Assembly (NCBI RefSeq): GCF_000400465.1
Contig: NW_008806282.1
Span: 144,001 to 268,000 of the forward strand
Length of the DNA: 124,000 nucleotides
Origin: Wallemia ichthyophaga EXF-994
Lineage: Eukaryota > Fungi > Basidiomycota
Direction: 5' to 3'
Under the pieces are notes generated by a model. The model was not told the DNA's origin. It saw only the letters and a program-made list of their open reading frames with translations, and made no database searches. Shown piece by piece: positions 62,352-75,034 of this stretch (its first letter is position 1; the number at the start of each line of letters is the position of its first letter). Both the position numbers and the translations under genes were made by a program.

Positions 62352-63629
62352 CTAATCAATTAACGACCCAACGTCTTCATACCACGCCTTTCGAACATTC
62401 TCATTCAAGTACCGTAAATCACTATTTAATCTATTCAGCATTGCATCCGAATATCCTTCTTTAGTGAGTAAAAGCGCCTCTGTGACGTATATAGCGACTG
62501 TGATTTGAGCTAGTGGCTTCTCTGGGCGTAAACTCTTGCGCGTGTCATCTAATGATAGCTCGTCATGGAAGTATGCCTTGATAGCTTTAAGATGTCTTGG
62601 TTGTAGCGATGTAATGCGAGTACCTTCCCGTTCTATTGATCTGTTAGCCGTGTTATACTTTACTTTGTTCGAAATTGAGTTCCTGATGTGGGTATCTGAA
62701 GTGGTAGGTATAGGCTTGGTATTGTTTGCAGCGTTGTTTGGTGTCTCTTTAATTAAACCAGTTTCGTAGTCCTTTTCTACTAAGAAATTGCTATAATCGG
62801 TATCTTTGGATTGTTCTGATAATCGTTTATACATCTGATAGCCAGCGTAAACATCATTAGCCGCATATTCTATCTGCTTCCAGTCAAGAAAAGACTCCCA
62901 ATCACCAACTCTCTCATTTCCTTTATCCAGTCGCTGTTTCAACACATACTCTGTCAATTTGTCCAGTGATATCAACACTTTATTCGTGCCCAGATCTTCG
63001 GCGTGGATAGATTTAGCGAGGAAAGTCAACTCCAGCAACCCTTTACACTGTACCTTGTAGTCATTGAAGAATTTGCGACCATCGTTGCCAATATTGACAC
63101 CAAATTTAATAATGTCTTTGTTTGTGAGAAGTTTGATTAGCTCTTGAGGTAATTTTGGCATGTGGTAGAGGTGTAGGATAACAATAAGCTTATCATCACA
63201 TAGCTGTGCTTTGTCAGCTTTGCGTGGCTCAATGGCCACACTCACCTGTACAAGTGCTGTGGGACGTTGACGTGCGTTCTTACGGAAATCGACTTTCCAC
63301 TCCATATCAAAACCTACAGGACCTCTAAGGAGGGAAATTAGATCATCAGCTTCTTCCAAAGAGCGCGTGTAGGCAATCCCTGGTGCTTTGAGACCTTTGT
63401 TTGAGAAACTCGGTGGACGTGTGTAAGAGTAGAGAGGGAGGGGAGTGACTGAGGGTTTAATTGGTGGTTTACTGGCCTTTCTAGGAGTACTCTGTAGCGT
63501 CTTGTTGCGGTAATCAGCGGGTGGGTTTGGGTTTGGAGGTGTAGTAGCCACACCAGTAAAACCACCAGTCAAATCTATAATTTTATCATTTGATAGTCTT
63601 CTTATTAAATTCATATTCCTAGTGAGCAT
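62352..63629 (-). CDS. 3'-5' exonuclease (WRN/EXD2-like DEDDy)
   Basis: PVGFDMEW, ALVQ, KFGVNIGNDG, SLDKLTEYVL, DW..QIEYAANDVYAG. Confidence 0.9.
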   Translation of the reverse strand: MLTRNMNLIRRLSNDKIIDLTGGFTGVATTPPNPNPPADYRNKTLQSTPRKASKPPIKPSVTPLPLYSYTRPPSFSNKGLKAPGIAYTRSLEEADDLISLLRGPVGFDMEWKVDFRKNARQRPTALVQVSVAIEPRKADKAQLCDDKLIVILHLYHMPKLPQELIKLLTNKDIIKFGVNIGNDGRKFFNDYKVQCKGLLELTFLAKSIHAEDLGTNKVLISLDKLTEYVLKQRLDKGNERVGDWESFLDWKQIEYAANDVYAGYQMYKRLSEQSKDTDYSNFLVEKDYETGLIKETPNNAANNTKPIPTTSDTHIRNSISNKVKYNTANRSIEREGTRITSLQPRHLKAIKAYFHDELSLDDTRKSLRPEKPLAQITVAIYVTEALLLTKEGYSDAMLNRLNSDLRYLNENVRKAWYEDVGSLID

Positions 63630-63655
63630 CACAATGCGGTAGATAACCAACGACG

Positions 63656-65547
63656 ATGATCTCAGTTGAAGAGACTATTAATTTAATAGAGAACATTAGA
63701 AATCAGCCTAATGACAGCAATTTACTTGAAGCACTTAGAGTTCTAGTTGCTGTCGACTACACAACGGCTCTATTCTCCACTATCACTCAATCTGTGCTGA
63801 TATCCAGCCATATTAAATATACTGAGAAGATCACCTTCTTCAAGTCCCTCACTGAATTCAAATTATCAAGTGGATTCAACTTGATTGGCTTGCTCGATTC
63901 TGTCTCCAGCTTCAACCAGCCTCCTTCACTCAAATTCTCCTATTTTGCCGGTGTTCTTTTGGCTGTGCAGTCTGACAACTTAAAGCTTAGAATTGAATGT
64001 GAAAATGCTCTTATTTGCGAGCTTGAAGATAGCCTACTGCTTGAGAAAGTTGCTATCAATGACGACACTTATCTTCAAGCCCTAATCTCTATTCTCCCAC
64101 ATATACCCTCATCAAAGCTCAGATTGATGGATACCAAGGTGTGCACATTCCTTGGAGCTTCTTACCAGTAATGTTTACTCAACACAGCCTCTAACGATCC
64201 TCTTTGCGAAAATCCTCTTTGATTCACTTAGCGTTGACAGCCTGGATGGCTCGATCGAGGTGGGCAGGAGTATCTAATATTACACCTGCTCTAACATCTA
64301 TCAGACTAAGTGCACGGAAATGCAACAAAGAACTCATTATCCCAGCATATCGTCCATATCACAAACTCTCACTCGTTTGTTCACACTCCGGTCACGTCAG
64401 GATAGTTCGGAATTGGAACAAGTACTAAGCACTCTGCTAGCTCTAGTATCTCAGAACGAGAGGATGCGACTACAGTCTGAATCAACGGAAATGTCCATCA
64501 ATACTCAAGTAATGTCTCACTTTAAAATACTCTTATACACCTCAATTACCATTCTATACGGGACTATCACACATTTAGCCACATCGAATGGCTTTGAGTG
64601 TGTTGAGGGGGTTGAATATGATCTACCCCTTGCCACACTACGCATTATGTCCAGATTGGCAATCATCAACAGCATACTAAATCCAGATGGAGAGTTGCGA
64701 CAGTGGAGGAGCATCAACATGCTTTGCGTAGACATGATAAATGCACAGAAAGACGTCAAACAATCTGAGCAGGTATTAGATATGCTTGTCGCTGAAACCA
64801 CCCTCGATAACTACAAACACCTATCGAAAGTCAACCATCTGTTTCATATTGCAGAATTTGTTGTTTTGAACTGCACAGTGGAGTTCGCAGTAGCTATACT
64901 TCTACCTGTATGTGATAGGTAGGTGATATTATACAGCAATTCGTAACTACTAACGTAGTTCCAAAGATATCTGGAGGATAGCACCGACATGGTTACTTTC
65001 GAGAATGCGCACTCAGTCACGCTTACTCTCTTCGCCGGGGTCAAACCTAATGCATTGGACCAAGTATTGGTAGCTAGAGTGATGAGCTACAGCATCACGC
65101 TCCTAAAAGTGAGATCAATCCTAAATAGCCAGCTAAGTTGACCACATGATTAAGGTTATGCGCATCTTATCACAGGAGCAATTTAGATTGGCGTATCAAA
65201 GTGTCATTAAGAAGGTATCTGCTCATTCGACAGATCTGACACAATGGTGCATTGACGGTTTGCTTGACTCGTATAAGAGCGTGGAAGAGGATCAAAAAAT
65301 CAAGATAGCGTACACCCTGCCTACGCTACTGCCACTTATTAACCATCACCTACTCGATAGCTTCCTTGTATCACTAGAACGTCTTCTCAGCAGTCATTGG
65401 ATTGCAGAGAACCGTGAAGATCTCCTCACTCTCACTTACAAATCAATTAAGCTGACAGGAGATGAGAGTAACCTCTTAAAATGTCTAAATTGGTGGGGTG
65501 ATTACACATCCCGAATCAAGAGCCTACCAATAAAGTCACGCCTGTAA
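63656..65547 (+). CDS. Putative peroxin Pex8-like helical-repeat protein with C-terminal PTS1 (-SRL)
   Basis: Five ORF fragments joined by short introns. Motifs ENAHSVTLTLF, LSQEQFRLAYQSV, KCLNWW resemble recalled ascomycete Pex8 motifs; ends IKSRL*. Confidence 0.6.
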
Positions 65548-65700
65548 GCTTCATATTGCACACGTGCAAGTATAACTGTATCATTATATCAGCCCTACAA
65601 AACATAAATTCATAATGAGAAAACAAGTCAATGTAAAACCCAGACAAAGATGATGTGAAACAAGTGAAGAAAGACGAACACTCTTGGACGTGAAAAGCTT

Positions 65701-66702
65701 TTAGACATAAGGAGGACCCATAATCTTACGCATTTGATTGATAGTAAAATCGACAACGAGGAGAAGAATACCACCACCTGGTCCCAATCTAGTAGCCTTT
65801 GGTATGAATCCTTTGAACAACGCCTTTACACCTTCTTCTCTAGCGACCAGCAATAGAGATGGATATGTCCAATTGTATTTTGGTACTACTCCAGGTACCT
65901 TCACGGTACCCTGTATACGACTTTTAACAACGTCGAATGGAGTGTTGAGCACTGTGCCGCACAGACCACCAATTGTACCCGCCGTAAAATTGTTGAAGAG
66001 GTTCGCCGAATTTGATTCTGCCTTTGGAAGCAAAGAGCGTACTTGGAAGATAACACCGAAGTAACCACCGTCTTGGGAATGAGCGTGGTTAGCAAGGAGT
66101 GAAAACTCAAGAAAAAAAAAACTCACTCCACCAGAAGTGTCTCCAGAAAGTAGCTTCCATGCCTGCGTACATACCCAAGACACCATCGCTCTTGACGGTA
66201 TGTTTGATTACATCGAGTGGACCTGTAGGGAGAAATTAGAATAATACTGCGTGCACACAGCAAACACACCCTTGAAAGTGCTTGTCTTGTCCTGCAACCG
66301 AATCTTAATCAACTCAAATGGAGTAACGACGAATGATTCGGTAGCACCCGCACTGCATCCGGTAGCCAAAGAAAGACCCTGTGTCATCTCACTAACGCCA
66401 GCCAAAGACTTGTAAGTCTTTCCCCAGTAGTCATTCGCCGCGAACTTTACCGCTCTCTTCGGAGCTTCAAGGGTCAATGGAGCAGCGAGACCTCTGTACA
66501 ATTTAGAGAAACCTTCGCTCTTTGCGATTTCCGACAACATCTTCACCATCCCTTGGCTTTTGCCTGCTTCGAGCTGCATTCTCGTCTTTGCAATATCAGT
66601 CGGATACATGGTCAGTATTTCAACAACACCGCCAATCGCTCCTGCTAAAGGCATAGACCAGCCTGGTAGAGGTGCTGGAGATGGGGATTTTTTCTGTTCC
66701 AT
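65701..66702 (-). CDS. ODC1: Mitochondrial 2-oxodicarboxylate carrier
   Basis: AGAIGGVVEILTMYPTDIAKTRMQL, EAPKRAVKFAAND, TPFELIKIRLQD, NTPFDVVKSRIQ, RLGPGGGILLLV. Confidence 0.92.
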
Positions 66703-67263
66703 TATTTTGGTCCGAATGAAGCTAAAGCAAGCGACTAGGGACACCGTTTATCAATTTTACACTTATCCGATGACCACGGCCGTTGAGTGAGCAAGGCCGG
66801 TGATGGGCGGAAATGGGCGTGGTGAGTAAACGTTTCTGTTCTAATCACCTGCCAGCTTGTGTTTTAGTGTGTTTAGTCTCCACGTGATTTAGGTCATTCG
66901 GCGAAGATTGATAACGTTGTGGGGTAATTAATTCTCATTATAATTCTAGACTTGTATTTGTACTGCCCTGTTTACGTCTTGTAGTCTTGTGAGCTGCTTT
67001 ATCTTTCGCATCCGATACTCCGAAAAGTTAGACGAAACTCAAACTCATATGATTCACTTTGTGTGCAGTTTCTGAAGAGGATTAGGAACGCGCTAATTTC
67101 CGATAATTCATTGCGTAGATACTGTATCGCAACTTCAAAGCTAACCCTCCATATCATCATGTCTCCGTTCCTGTCACATAATCAGCGCACTCTCCAACAC
67201 CCATTTGCAGCGCATAATGTCACATTAATTCATACATAATTTCATCAAACAATCATTATCCCT

Positions 67264-68319
67264 TTATTTGCCAACGAGGTGCTCTACTTTGGCCTGTGCG
67301 CGGGAGAGACCAGCCTTTCCAATTTGAGAGAGGATGGTGCCAGTATCTTTTTCATCCTTGAAGTAGATGTAGCCGAGCATTTCAGAGCCGTCGTTGTATC
67401 TCTTGTTTTTGTTTGCACCTTCCAAAGTCTGGACATCCTCAGCACTCAATGCAACAACAGACTCAAAGTTCTCCTTGATTCTTGAAACTGTCTTTGGGAT
67501 TGGTGAAATGTTCTTCGCAAGAAGGAACGAAAGCGCTATTCCGTGGTTAGAAGTTTGGTATTTCTGCGCCAAAGCCTTCACAGCTGGATCTTCTACAACT
67601 TCAGCGTTCGAGCCGTAGATGTGGTTCAAACCACCAAATGGACTGTAAGCAGTGACTTGGATGCCCTGTGATTGTGCGTACTTGACCAACTCAGGTTGTT
67701 GGTTGTAGACGTGTAATTCAACTTGGAGAGATGATGGTCTGATTTTTGCCGTCTTGAGGAGGTCTGCAATTTCCGACTTTGTGTAGTTGGAGATACCAAT
67801 GTTCTTACATTTTTGTGGGACTTGGGTTTCCATTGCAGCCCACGTGTCCTTCTCCTCAACATTGTGGTCTTTGAGTGGGAAACCCTTGTCGTCTTGTGGG
67901 ATTTGAGCGGATCCATCGTAGTTTGGTCCTGTTGCAAGGGCACCTGGCCAGTGAATCAAGTACAAGTCAAGGTACTCTAATTGGAGGTCCTCGAGAGTCT
68001 TGTTAAGTCCTCTGGTGACATTCTCTGGCTTCTTTGAGTTCAACCAGAGCTTCGAAGTGACAAAGATCTCGGAACGTGGAGTACCAGTTGCTTTGAGCCA
68101 ACGTGTAATACCTTGACCGACCTCACGCTCGTTTTGGTAGATTGCAGCGGAGTCGATGTGACGGTAACCAGCTTCAAGTGCTGCATACACAAGGTCAGCA
68201 GCCTTCTCGTTTGGTAAGTTCCAGCATCCGTAACCGAGCTTAGGGATTCCGGCAGAGTTGGTGTCTGCGGCGGTTGCTGGGGCGTTAGCAAAGGCGATTC
68301 TTTCAGTTTGAATTGGCAT
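67264..68319 (-). CDS. Aldo-keto reductase, Gcy1/Ypr1-like (intronless)
   Basis: IPKLGYGCW, GYRHIDSAAIYQNE, FVTSKLW, YLDLYLIHWP, IGISNY, QVELH, AYSPFG, IPKT. Confidence 0.93.
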   Translation of the reverse strand: MPIQTERIAFANAPATAADTNSAGIPKLGYGCWNLPNEKAADLVYAALEAGYRHIDSAAIYQNEREVGQGITRWLKATGTPRSEIFVTSKLWLNSKKPENVTRGLNKTLEDLQLEYLDLYLIHWPGALATGPNYDGSAQIPQDDKGFPLKDHNVEEKDTWAAMETQVPQKCKNIGISNYTKSEIADLLKTAKIRPSSLQVELHVYNQQPELVKYAQSQGIQVTAYSPFGGLNHIYGSNAEVVEDPAVKALAQKYQTSNHGIALSFLLAKNISPIPKTVSRIKENFESVVALSAEDVQTLEGANKNKRYNDGSEMLGYIYFKDEKDTGTILSQIGKAGLSRAQAKVEHLVGK

Positions 68320-68646
68320 CTTGATTGTTAGTGTGAGAGATGTGCGAGCGAATGACAGCACAATGTTGGAGGGACGAGATGTGGTGCGCTGATAATGATG
68401 TAATTAATAATAAATTACATCAAATATGTGTTGGAATTCACCAATAACAGCTAAAGCCGTGCTCAGCGTCTGCTAACGTGTTTGTGCGCGCTCAGAATGT
68501 GGTTATAAAAAGTGTGATTCACAAACCAAGGCACGAGATCCGAATATTAAAGACATTGTTTAGTTAGCTGCTTAATTGATAATTACTTCTATGTATTTCT
68601 ATAATTCAAACGACTCGTACCGTTGGAGCTGCTTACAGTTTATGAA

Positions 68647-69955
68647 TTATTGAATTAAGTCATGGATTGTGACTCTGCGCACGCGCTCTGACGCTCTCTT
68701 TGCTCTGATGCTTGATTTGTTCAGGTGACTTCTCGTCTGCGAAGAAGACCACACCGCACTGCACCTTGTCAGCTGATATTGTATCAATAGTATGTATGAC
68801 CTCACCAGTTCTGAAAGGTCGCAGTAGCGCCTGGAGAATGTGAGTGCTTGTGCATTCAAATTTCCGTTATCCTCATCATCAAGGTTTATTTGCTGTGCAT
68901 TAGCTTGTATGTGTTCAGGATTGGAAGAACGAGGCAATGTGACTATCCTTCTACCTATCACCCAGTTTGTAATAACGGTAGGAGCAGAAACGCTGTGCTT
69001 TTTTGCGATTAAACCTATTGTTGCGTCTTGGAGAAGCTGATTTTGCTGATCGTATAGCGCATTGGCGTTTCCAAATGGAGAATAACCCTCTACCACAATA
69101 CCTTGGGATTTTGCAAACTCTACAAGTCTATGCTGCGGCAAACGTGGGTGTATTTCGACCTTGGAAGGTATAAGTATTTGCACTGACGTCACCAAAGCAA
69201 CACACCTGCAGAATCGATGGTTTAACACGCGCGTATGAGAGCATATCGCTTAACTGATCTACTGTGAGGTTCGAGACTCCGATTGAGCGCACCTTCCCAG
69301 TCGACAGAAGATGTTCCATAGCCTGGGATGGTCTATGTAAAGTAAATCACGTCCCACTGACATCTTACGCACCTCCCATGTCTCGCGGTAAGGGACGCGG
69401 TCGTTGATAATAACGCCATGGTCATCTTGAGGGATGTTTGCCCGATTGTCAGCTGAGGGCTATAAATGTCAACATTGCATCACACGCTGAAGCTTCGAAA
69501 CCACCTTGAAAGCAGCTGGCCAGTGGATGATGTATGCATCAAGATATTCTAGGCCTAATTCGGACAAAGATACATCAAGTGCTTTCTCCACGTCTTCCTT
69601 TCTGTGAGAGTTGTTGTAGAGCTTCGATAATACGAAGATATCAGAGCGCGGTGTTTGCGTATCATCCATGAACCGCCTGATAGCAACTCCGCAGGCAGCC
69701 TCATTCAAGTAAATCGCTGAGGCTGCCTGTGAGTTTGGACTGAGGAGAGAACTGCAGACCTACAAGCACAATCGATGCCTCTGTATCCACTCTTGAGTGC
69801 CTCGTAAACAGCAAATTCTGTTCTGTCGCCCAGTTCCCATGTGCCAAGCTAGGGCCGAGTGAGAAGTGAGATCATTGAAAATTAAGCTATCCTACTTGTA
69901 GCAGTGGGATTTGTACGCCGTTGTTGAGCGTCTCTGTGTGATTTGCAAGAGTCAT
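68647..69955 (-). CDS. Aldo-keto reductase (multi-intron, tandem with previous)
   Basis: LNNGVQIPLL, GYRGIDCA, IFVLSKLYN, YLDAYIIHWP, GKVRSIGVSNL, EIHPRLPQ, GYSPFG, LPRSSNPEHI. Confidence 0.9.
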
Positions 69956-70106
69956 TGATATATTCTCGATGATGACAGAAGGCAGGAAGCAGGAAGACAC
70001 GCCCGATGCAAGCGAGACCAAGAAGATATCGGGCGAGATAATAAGAACCGCAGAAAAGCACAAACCTACCGGTAACGACTCTATCTCCTCAACCACCAAC
70101 TACGAA

Positions 70107-73100
70107 ATGACGGATCCTCACAGAGTCATTAACAGCGCCGCGAGCTACAGTGATGGAGACAAAGAAGCCATTATACAGCAGCTGCGATCTGAGCTTGGTG
70201 TGGCTTCTCTCCCATCTTCCGCACAAATCAAAGACGATATCCAATCGAGCTTCTTGCAGCCGCCAAAGAAGCTGTCGAGTATCAACTATCGAACAATACC
70301 GCGCCAGCCAAACCTCAGAAATCTTGTTCAATCGGACATCTCAGCACCATCCTCGAAGCTGTCGTTCCAAAGAGCTGGTCTCGATGGTAACATCGTTGGA
70401 CACACTGAAGTACAAATTCCAATTACTGCAAGAGAGAACGCTAGAACATCAACTAGTATCCACAGGGCTCCAACCGATGCTGCGTCCTTTGTCCGAGGAA
70501 AGAGCGGCAACGTGCCATTCGCGCCGGGCGGTTTGGACGTCGTGAAGGAAACTGTCGATATGGAGAGCAGAAACAAACACGGATTAGATGGCGAGAGTGC
70601 TGGTACATCTGTAGATTTGTCCAAGGGTGGGTCGGTAGCTTGTTGAAATGACGCACAACTCACACAACACAGGGGGTTTAAGAACGGCTCCACCAGGATT
70701 TGGGAGAGGTTTACGGTTTGAAGGAGACGAAAGCAATTCCCTTGACGCTATCAGCGGTGCATCAGAGTTACCTCAGGCAAGCACCTCCAAACACACTGCT
70801 GTATCAACCAACAAACCCAACAAAGTCAACATTCAGTCCGATAAATCATTCACTGATGCTTCCATCGATGAGCTGCTTCCTGACTCTAAGCCACACATTC
70901 CAACGACTGCCGCCAACTCGCGTCGTAAAGCTCAATTGGCCAAAAGAGAATGGGCTCACGTCGTCAATGCGAACAAGGGACTCACCAACTTTGACGAGCT
71001 AGTACCAGATATGGCTATAAAGTATCCGTTCAAGCTCGATAATTTCCAGCAAAACGCTGTTTATTATTTGGAGATGGGTGACTCAGTCTTTGTGGCAGCA
71101 CATACTTCGGCCGGTAAGACGGTAGTTGCAGAGTATGCAATAGCCCTAGCAGCTAAGCACATGACAAGAACAATCTATACTTCGCCAATCAAGGCATTGT
71201 CTAATCAGAAGTATCGAGACTTCAAGACAACATTCGATCCATCCACTGTTGGTATTTTGACAGGAGATGTGCAAATCAATCCAGAAGGAAGCTGTCTTAT
71301 CATGACCACTGAAATCTTGCGTAGTATGCTGTACAAGGGTGCGGATCTTATCAGAGATGTTGAGTTTGTTGTTTTCGACGAAGTTCACTACGTCAATGAT
71401 GCTGAGAGAGGTGTTGTGTGGGAAGAAGTAATCATCATGTTACCTGAGCACATCAACATTATCCTCCTCTCTGCAACAGTGCCAAATGCGAAGGAGTTCG
71501 CAGACTGGGTTGGTAGAACAAAGAGAAAGAACATCTACGTTATCAGCACACCAAAGCGTCCTGTACCATTAGAGCATCACCTATTTGCAAGCAAGGAGAT
71601 TCACAAGATAGTCGATTCGAGTGGAAGATTCTTGAGCAGCGGCCACAAAGACGCAACGGATGCACTGCGTAAGAAGCAAGACAAGGAAAGAGAAGCAGCA
71701 GGCTTACCGCCTGTCCAGAAGACGGGCGGCGGTGGTCGTGGTGGTCGTGGCGGCGGACGCACACCCTCAAATATGGGAGCTACAGGTGCTCATCGAGCTA
71801 TTAACACCTACAACAAATCTCAAGGAGCCAACAGAGGGGGTGGAAATTCTTCTTCAGGTGGTAATCAGAATCACCACTTGGTGCAGTATCTTAAAAAGAA
71901 GGAATTGCTACCTGTCGTCATTTTCACCTTCTCCAAGCGCAAGTGCGAGGAGAATGCCAGTGGATTAGGTGGTATGGACTTACTGACTGCTGCTGAGAAG
72001 AGTGAGGTGCACATAACTATCGAGAGGAGCATATCTAGATTGAGAGGTGGGAATCTTTGAGTGGTGGGGATCCCAGCTGACACAAAGCAGGTTCAGACAA
72101 ACAGCTCCCTCAAATTGCGAGAATGAAAGATCTTCTCGGAAGAGGTTTGGCTGTTCACCATGGTGGTCTTCTCCCGATCGTTAAAGAGGTGAGTGAAAAC
72201 ATGCGCTCACAATATATGCTAAAACAGCTCAAGATTGTAGAGCTTCTTTTTGGTAGAGGTCTTGTAAAAGTGCTCTTTGCTACAGAAACATTTGCCATGG
72301 GTGTCAATATGCCTGCCAGAAGTGTAGCTTTTTCTGGTATACGCAAGCACGATGGGAAATCATTTAGAGATCTTCTGCCTGGTGAGTTTACATTTGCAGC
72401 CTCAACTTGCTAACCGAGGCCTAGGCGAATACACCCAGATGTCAGGCAGGGCGGGTCGCAGAGGATTGGATGCAACAGGTGTTGTTATCATTATGACAAA
72501 TGACAGCATACCCGAGACAACAACACTGCAGCAGATGATACTGGGTGTACCCGGTAAACTCAATTCGCAATTCAGACTGACATTTAACCTCATCCTCAAT
72601 TTGCTCCGGGTCGAGACGCTCAAGGTCGAGGACATGATCAAGCGCTCTTTCAGTGAGAACGCCAGTCAGAGATTACTTCCTGATCAGCAGAAGCAAGTTG
72701 AAGAAACAGAGCAGCGACTTGCACTATTACACAAGTTGGATAGAGAGACGTCCCTTCCTGATCTAGATACTCTCTATAACGTGAGCGCATCACTCGTGGA
72801 TGTGAATGCCTACATAGTCGACTATGCTCTGGGACATCCTCAAGGAAACAAGATGATTGGTACGGGTAGAGTTGTGTTGGTGAGAGACAGCCACTTTAAA
72901 GGTAACTTGGCGGTGCTGCTCCGTCCACCGAAGTTCCTGCCGACTGGGGCATCCAAGACATCCAAGTACTATTGGGTTGTCGGTTTGTCGGACAAAGATA
73001 CTAGAGATGGCAAGAAGGGTGGGTCGATGTTTGAGATCTTGTTGGTTTGCTGACGATTGCCTAGACATGAAGGCAGACGACATCACACCTCGCTGGCCTG

Positions 73101-74249
73101 CAACATTACAGGAAGATGATGGTGAACTGGTTTATGACTTGGTCTCAATCCCCAGCGAGAGTATATCTATGATTACCAAATTCACAATGAAGGATGTGAG
73201 TGGGGTGTCCGAGGGTGTTTATTATTCTCACTTTACTTTTCAGCTCGATGTGTCTGCTATCGTAGATCACCATCGCAAGTCTGCTCTACAGGGTTGTGCA
73301 GACTATTTGAAGGAGCTTCTTCCTACGCTCAGCAACAATGCCACACTGACGGACAGATCGCTGGAGATCGACTGGTCAAAGTTGAGAGGATTGGAATTCC
73401 ACGAAGCGTTATCAGAGAGGGAGAGGTTAATGACGAAAGTGCGTGATCTCATACCGCTCACCGCTTTACCGGAGTTTGATTCTCAATATGCGCATCTACA
73501 TGTGGAAAGCGGATTGAAAAATCAGGTGGCTTATCTTAGAGCATCAATCAGTGATCAGAATTTGGAGCTGCTTCCTGATTACGAGAATAGAATCAATGCA
73601 TTGAAGGAAATGCAGTACATTGACCAAAAATCTACCGTTCAATTGAAAGGAAGGGTTGCTTGCGAGGTTAGTGGAGGTTTCTTGAATTGAATAGCAACTC
73701 ACCACTCAACACCTTACAGATCAACTCTGCCCATGAACTCATCCTCACCGAGCTAATTTTGGAGAATACGTTCGCCGCCTATGAGCCAGAAGAGATGGTG
73801 GCGCTGCTTTCGTGTTTCTTATTCCACGAGAAGACGGAAGTGGAGCCTGTGATTCCGCCAAAGTTGGAAGAGGTGGGTATTTTCAGGATTTGGCCCACAT
73901 TACTGACCCTGCGTAGGGTCGTGATACTATCTTTGCTATAGCAGATAAGGTGCAAAGAGTACTCGAACGCAACAAGGTAGAATCTGAAGATTTCGAAACA
74001 TCGCTTAAGTTCGGATTAGTGGAGGTTGTTTATGAATGGGCTAAGGGTATGCCGTTTGAGCAGATCACACAATTGACAGATGTGCCAGAAGGTACGATCG
74101 TCAGGGTAATCACAAGATTGGATCAGACTTGTTTGGAGGTTAGAGATGCAGCTAGAGTGATTGGAGATGCTGCACTTTTCCAAAAGATGGAGGCGTGTCA
74201 GACAATGATCAAGAGAGATATTATCTTTGCTGCTAGTCTGTATGTTTAG
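70107..74249 (+). CDS. SKI2: Ski2 DExH RNA helicase (cytoplasmic exosome cofactor)
   Basis: [54 protein letters not shown]-terminal DSHCT (YEWAKGMPF...[11 protein letters not shown]). Confidence 0.97.
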
Positions 74250-74479
74250 AATGTATATTGCGAGGAGGAGTTGGATCAGATTTTCAATGCATTGTTTTTA
74301 CGAAGAATTGTTAAGAGCTATGTGCATAACGTGTCTTGTGTAACAAAACAAAGACGTTTTGACATTTACCGAGCAAATCAGAGTGAATACTTGAATCCAT
74401 GCTCTCCCCTAATCTCTCTATAAGATCAAAACACCTCGAACCATTTACGGTTCCATTCACCACAACAATATAAATTGGG

Positions 74480-75003
74480 AACATGCCATACAAGCCATAT
74501 CAAGACGATCCAACGAGAAGAACAATATTCACACCATCGGAGGAACTTCTGTTGATGTTTGGAAATCTATTGCCAAATCTCGCGAGGACGTCGCATCACT
74601 TCGGATACAAGGACGACAAGCTATGTGGTTGCTGAAACTCACTTAGTATAGCTGTATTAAGGAAGTACATGGAATCGGGTTCCCAATTCACGTTGGTGCA
74701 GCTGTATCAAGCAAACCAAGACAGAATCCGCTTAACACTGAATAGTAAACACGAGGGCTCTTGTCAACGTTCTCGCAAAGACGTACGGATGGTTCGAGGA
74801 CGATAAGGTTATTCGGAGGAAGCTTGTTAAGGCTAAGCTGGATAAGTACGGTCGCTTTGAGTTGATTATTGCTTCTTGTAGCCTACACTTAGGCTTGCAT
74901 GCATTTTACTGCAAATCGCTGTGCTGGAAGTCTATGACAAGCGAACGAACGAACCAAACAAAGAACACATTGATTGCAATGCATAATAATAATATTACAT
75001 GAT
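74480..75003 (+). pseudogene. Possible decayed paralog of the 54502..55353 orphan gene
   Basis: Fragments DKLCGC* and RALVNVLAKTYGWFEDD, in different frames, match KLCGKC and STLVDVLARAYGWEREE at similar spacing. Confidence 0.35.
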
Positions 75004-75034
75004 AGCACCATTCTATTGAAATATCCACATCTAA

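Noticed and set aside
69969-70106. 46-codon in-frame extension upstream of SKI2 reaching 14 bp from the AKR2 start
   Set aside because: The extension is low-complexity and the usual Ski2 N-terminus fits the ATG at 70107; no evidence it is translated.
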